NCBI GenBank assembly: GCA_019308995.1 | Contig: JAFDHD010000001.1 | Span: 64,241-128,240, forward strand | Reading direction: 5' to 3' | From: Deltaproteobacteria bacterium | Lineage (GTDB): Bacteria; Desulfobacterota; Desulfarculia; Adiutricales; JAFDHD01 | Length of the DNA: 64,000 bases | Part shown: one piece after another, positions 60,275 to 64,000 of the stretch | Position numbering within the stretch: the first letter of the stretch is position 1 | How the letters are laid out: every line of letters begins with the position of its first letter | The notes under the pieces: model-generated | The model's input: the letters and a program-made list of their open reading frames with translations, nothing else | Told to the model about the DNA's origin: nothing | Databases searched by the model: none | Position numbers and translations under genes: made by a program

Positions 60275-61884
60275 GAGTGAATCCCTTAGAAGCTCTGTCC
60301 GACAACATTGCCATTGACAAGGATAAATGCACCTTCTGCGGGATATGCATCGAAACGTGCATACTAGATAATTTAAGGATGAAACTGGCGCCCTGCCGTC
60401 AGGCTTGTCCTCTTGGCGTCAATTGCCAGGGATACGTTCAACTTATCGCTCGAGGCGAGGAGGCCAGGGCTCTGGAATTGCTCAGGGAGACCCTGCCTTT
60501 TCCGGGTATTGTCGGGCGTATTTGTTCCCAGCCTTGTGAAAGGAGATGCTATCGCCGTGAGGTTGAAGGGGAAGCGGTGGCTATTCGCGCGCTCAAGCGT
60601 TATCTGGCCGATCAATTCGAGAAAGAAGAGCTGCAACTGCCGCAGATTGAACAGGATACGCGCAAACACGTGGCTGTTATCGGGTCCGGTCCGGCCGGCT
60701 TGATCGCAGCCTATGATCTAAGAATCCAAGGTCATGCTCTAACCGTTTTTGAAGCCGAGAGCGCACCGGGCGGGATGCTTCGATGGGCCATGCCCGAGTT
60801 TAGACTGCCTGGGCGAATCCTGGAAAAAGAACTTCATTTACTGGAAAGCATGGGTATTGATTTTCACTGCCAATGTAAAATCGGAAGAGACAAAGGCTTT
60901 GAAGATTTGAAAAATGAATTCGATGCTGTGATCATAGCCATCGGCTGCCAGGAACATGACAGGCTGAATATCGAAGATGAAGATAAGCACAGTGTATATC
61001 ACGCCCTGCCTTTTCTTAAAGAGGTGCGTGACGGAACCGCGCCTGAGATCGGAAAAAAAATCCTGGTAATTGGCGGTGGAAATGTGGCCATTGACTCCGC
61101 CCAAACCGCGCTCAGGCTGGGCGCGGTGAACGTAACTCTGGTCACTCTCGAATCCGAAAATGAACTGCCAGCCTTTCCCTGGGCTATTGAAAGTGCGTTA
61201 AGTGAAGGAGTCAAGCTCAAATGTTCACTGGGTAACCCCAGATTTATTTTTCAGGAGGGACAGCTGAAAGGAGCCGAGTTTAAGCGCTGTCTCGCGGTAT
61301 TCGATGAAAGCGGCTGTTTCAAACCAAATTTTGATAACAGCCAGTTGAAATTCCTGGAGGCAGACTCTGTCATTATCGCCATAGGCCAACACTCTGATAA
61401 AGCGATTTTTCAATCGGCCGGATTGCTGGAGGATGATTCTTTTACGGTGGATCCGCTTACACTTCAAACACCTATGGAGAACACTTTTATTGCCGGAGAC
61501 GCCTTCAGCAGCCCTTCATCCGTTATAGAGGCCATGGCCAGCGGGCGACGGGCTGCAGAGTCTGTAAACCGTTTCTTGAATGGCGATGACATCCGTTATG
61601 GCCGTCAGTATGAAGGCCCAATAGAGACCGAATTTGAGATTGATACCAGCCGGGCCTCACCTGAAGAAAGGGCGGACATCCCCCTTTACCGTTTGAAAGG
61701 CAGGGGCGATTTTAAAGAAATTGAACAAGGTTTTGATACGGCCACAGCTCGCCGTGAGGCGACGCGCTGTTATTCATGCGGGCAGCCCTTTGGTAAATAC
61801 CGAACCTGCTGGTTTTGCTTGCCCTGCGAAGTGGAATGTCCCCATGATGCGCTTCGGGTTGAGATTCCGTACTTGATCAGATGA
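60271..61884 (+). CDS. GltD/NfnB-like NAD(P)H-dependent Fe-S flavoprotein with an extra C-terminal ferredoxin-type motif
   Basis: N-terminal Cys clusters (CTFCGICIETC, CRQACPLGVNC), two Rossmann motifs (VAVIGSGPAGLIAAYDL, ILVIGGGNVAIDSA) and a C-terminal CYSCG...CWFCLPCEVECP. It overlaps the upstream gene by 4 nt. Confidence 0.75.
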   Translation: MRVNPLEALSDNIAIDKDKCTFCGICIETCILDNLRMKLAPCRQACPLGVNCQGYVQLIARGEEARALELLRETLPFPGIVGRICSQPCERRCYRREVEGEAVAIRALKRYLADQFEKEELQLPQIEQDTRKHVAVIGSGPAGLIAAYDLRIQGHALTVFEAESAPGGMLRWAMPEFRLPGRILEKELHLLESMGIDFHCQCKIGRDKGFEDLKNEFDAVIIAIGCQEHDRLNIEDEDKHSVYHALPFLKEVRDGTAPEIGKKILVIGGGNVAIDSAQTALRLGAVNVTLVTLESENELPAFPWAIESALSEGVKLKCSLGNPRFIFQEGQLKGAEFKRCLAVFDESGCFKPNFDNSQLKFLEADSVIIAIGQHSDKAIFQSAGLLEDDSFTVDPLTLQTPMENTFIAGDAFSSPSSVIEAMASGRRAAESVNRFLNGDDIRYGRQYEGPIETEFEIDTSRASPEERADIPLYRLKGRGDFKEIEQGFDTATARREATRCYSCGQPFGKYRTCWFCLPCEVECPHDALRVEIPYLIR

Positions 61885-61976
61885 TGAGTTTTAGTTTGAT
61901 AAAAAGAACCACAGTCCTTTGCAAAGACAGCTTTTAGATTCTCTGGGGATTCATCTTTTAACTGGAGGCAGAAAAA

Positions 61977-63398
61977 ATGAAAGATAGCCGTCCGAATATC
62001 CTATTCTTTTTTCCCGATCAGCACCGGTTCGACTGGCTCGGTTCAAACCCCGGTATTCCTGTTCGAACACCGAATATAGATCGGTTGGGCGAAAATGGCA
62101 TAAGATTCACCAATACGATTACGCCTTCTCCCCTCTGTTCTCCGGCCCGGGCATGCCTGGCCTCTGGAAAAGAATACGCGCGCTGTCGTGTGCCTGAGAA
62201 TGATGTTGATTACCCTCTTGATCAGGTATCTTTTTATACTTTACTCCGTGAAGCAGGTTATCATGTGACCGGCTGCGGGAAGTTTGATTTAAATAAAGGC
62301 AGCTTTGATTGGGGCCTGGACGGGAAAAATTTCCTGAAGGAGTGGGGTTTCTCGGACGGCATCAATAACGAAGGTAAAAATGATGGAATCCTAACAATGA
62401 TCAGAGGGGACAAAAAACCCAAAGGGCCTTACATTTCTTATCTTGCCCGAAAAGGACTGCTCGATCTACATATCCAGGATATTTTCCCTCGCTACTTCAA
62501 GTCAGCTATATTTAACGGAAATTGGGCAGCAACTTATCCCACCCCGCTGCCTGATGATGCCTACTGTGATAACTGGCTGGCTGAAAATGGACTTCATTTG
62601 ATGGACAATTTTCCTGACGACCAACCATGGTTTCTTCAAGTCAATTTCACAGGCCCTCATCAACCACTCGATATCACAGAAAAAATGAAAACATGGTATG
62701 AGGATGTGGACTTTCCTCAACCAAATGATGAAGAAAAGAGAACCTCGCCTTATCCCCCATATGGCTTGGAATATTACGCTGAGATTAATAAAAGCTGGCA
62801 TGAGCCCTATCATCCGGGCAAGCCTCATACACCGGAACAGCATAATGAAGTCCGGCAAAATTATTCGGCCATGGTGGAAAATATAGACCGCTGGCTGGGT
62901 ATCTACATAGAGAAGCTGAGAGAAAGAGGTGAGTTGGAAAACACACTGATCGTTTTCAGCAGCGATCATGGCGAAATGCTGGGCGATCACGGTTATTGGG
63001 AAAAACACAGGCCGTATCAACCCTCGATCGGTGTTCCTTTCATCACGGCAGGCCCGGGTGTTCGTGAAGGCAGTGTTATTGACGTCCCAATTACCATTCT
63101 GGACCTGACCGCGACGTTTCTGGATTATGGCGAAGTGCCAAGGCAGGATGGCATGGACAGCCGCTCAATGAGACCCCTGTTCGAGGGTCAGACAAATAAA
63201 CACCGGGATTATGTTCTTTCCGCCATGGGGGATTGGCGCCTGGTATATGACGGTCGCTTTAAACTTGTACAAGGTTACGGAAATAAACCTTTGCTGTTTG
63301 ACCTTAAAAACGATCCTTTCGAAAATAATGATATTTTCATGACGGCTAAGGATGAAGCGAACAGGCTCTCGGCGGAGTTGAAACGGGAAGCGCTTTAA
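61977..63398 (+). CDS. Cys-type sulfatase without a signal peptide
   Basis: It starts MKDSRPNILFFFPDQHR and has the formylglycine motif LCSPARACLASG and the motif SDHGEMLGDHG. No hydrophobic leader is visible. Confidence 0.85.
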   Translation: MKDSRPNILFFFPDQHRFDWLGSNPGIPVRTPNIDRLGENGIRFTNTITPSPLCSPARACLASGKEYARCRVPENDVDYPLDQVSFYTLLREAGYHVTGCGKFDLNKGSFDWGLDGKNFLKEWGFSDGINNEGKNDGILTMIRGDKKPKGPYISYLARKGLLDLHIQDIFPRYFKSAIFNGNWAATYPTPLPDDAYCDNWLAENGLHLMDNFPDDQPWFLQVNFTGPHQPLDITEKMKTWYEDVDFPQPNDEEKRTSPYPPYGLEYYAEINKSWHEPYHPGKPHTPEQHNEVRQNYSAMVENIDRWLGIYIEKLRERGELENTLIVFSSDHGEMLGDHGYWEKHRPYQPSIGVPFITAGPGVREGSVIDVPITILDLTATFLDYGEVPRQDGMDSRSMRPLFEGQTNKHRDYVLSAMGDWRLVYDGRFKLVQGYGNKPLLFDLKNDPFENNDIFMTAKDEANRLSAELKREAL

Positions 63399-63633
63399 TA
63401 TTAAGAAGCAATGTTGCCTTAAAGTCAGCACCGATTCTAAGGAAGCGTCATTATGAAAATTAGGCTAGCGTAACCCTTATTAACATCTGGCAGATAGAGG
63501 TAATCCTTGATGATTCATGTTTACCCGGCTTTTAGTGATAGACAGGCAGAGTTAACTTCCGTGAGAGCGGAATCGTGTGCTTGCTTTCCAGCTTGTACAC
63601 AAATCAATCATAGAAAAAGATAGGAGGATAATT

Positions 63634-64000
63634 ATGAAAAGAATCGGTTTTATAGGGCTTGGTGTCATGGGAAAATCAATGGCTTCCAATCTACTTAAGG
63701 CAGGCCAGTCAGTAACTGTGTATGACATAAACCCTGAAGCAGTTGAGAATCTGGTGTCTGAGGGCGCCGGTGCGGCTGAATCTCCAAGCGCTTTGGCAAA
63801 GGTGTCAGACGTGGTCTGGACCATGCTCCCTGATGGTCCGGACGTGGAGAAGGTTTGTTTAAGTGAAGATGGGGTGTTCGCCGGCGCCAGAGAAGGCCTG
63901 ATCTTTATTGACTCCAGCACAGCTGATCCTGCTGTGACAGAGAGGCTGGGTCAAGAAGCTGCCAAGGTTGGCGTCAAAATGCTGGACGCGCCTGTTGGTG
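63634..64000 (+). CDS. NAD(P)-dependent 3-hydroxyisobutyrate dehydrogenase-family (beta-hydroxyacid) dehydrogenase, 5' partial
   Basis: This ORF is not in the ORF track because it runs off the window. AGGAGG lies 6 nt before the ATG. The product starts MKRIGFIGLGVMGKSMASNL and reaches ...KMLDAPVG, which is typical of HIBADH/6PGDH NAD-binding domains. Confidence 0.8.
   Translation, partial: MKRIGFIGLGVMGKSMASNLLKAGQSVTVYDINPEAVENLVSEGAGAAESPSALAKVSDVVWTMLPDGPDVEKVCLSEDGVFAGAREGLIFIDSSTADPAVTERLGQEAAKVGVKMLDAPVG

Noticed and set aside
63552-63920. 122-aa minus-strand ORF at the window end
   Set aside because: It is antisense to a plus-strand frame that has a strong RBS and a textbook GFIGLGVMG dinucleotide-binding N-terminus. 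The plus-strand gene is the real one.

Overview
This 64-kb window looks like chromosomal DNA from a Gram-negative anaerobe. Gene content and order resemble Desulfobacterota (deltaproteobacteria), but that assignment is inference only. Most of the window is tightly packed housekeeping. It holds tRNA-Pro, a GerMN-like exported protein with an EF-G paralog, and ppiD. An 11-gene complex I operon follows (nuoABCDHIJKLMN, with no nuoE, nuoF or nuoG), trailed by a small Fe-S protein that has NuoE-like and NuoF C-terminal-like motifs. Next come ppdK, rho, rpmE, a DUF1385-like gene, prfA, prmC and murA, then a Na/Pi-PhoU transporter and a ThiF/MoeB-type adenylyltransferase. A long run of core genes follows: pyrG-kdsA-kdsC-lptC-lptA-lptB-rpoN-hpf-ptsN-rapZ-EIIA(Man), rimI, pgk-tpiA-secG, tRNA-Leu, hisH-hisF, an ABC-F ATPase and an MltD-like LysM transglycosylase. 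Three parts look accessory. (1) A tightly coupled minus-strand 4-gene operon (29974-35847) encodes an exported anchored protein, a 1004-aa polytopic membrane protein with TPR repeats, a B12-type radical SAM enzyme and a GT2 glycosyltransferase. (2) A GntR-controlled cluster (57.7-64 kb) encodes an AprA/FrdA-like flavoprotein, a GltD/NfnB-like Fe-S flavoprotein, a leaderless Cys-type sulfatase and a HIBADH-family dehydrogenase. (3) A monocistronic HdrD/GlpC-like Fe-S oxidoreductase is readable only if an in-frame UGA (52757) is selenocysteine, and a SECIS-like hairpin follows that codon. Several long AT-rich intergenic regions carry dispersed repeat families: GTAGG-hairpin REP-like units, a GTCATTGCGAG family that includes a 30-nt exact repeat, and a ~330-bp element bounded by inverted repeats. 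I saw no rRNA, CRISPR array, intact transposase, prophage or recognisable defence genes. All family calls come from motif recognition by eye. No database search was possible.
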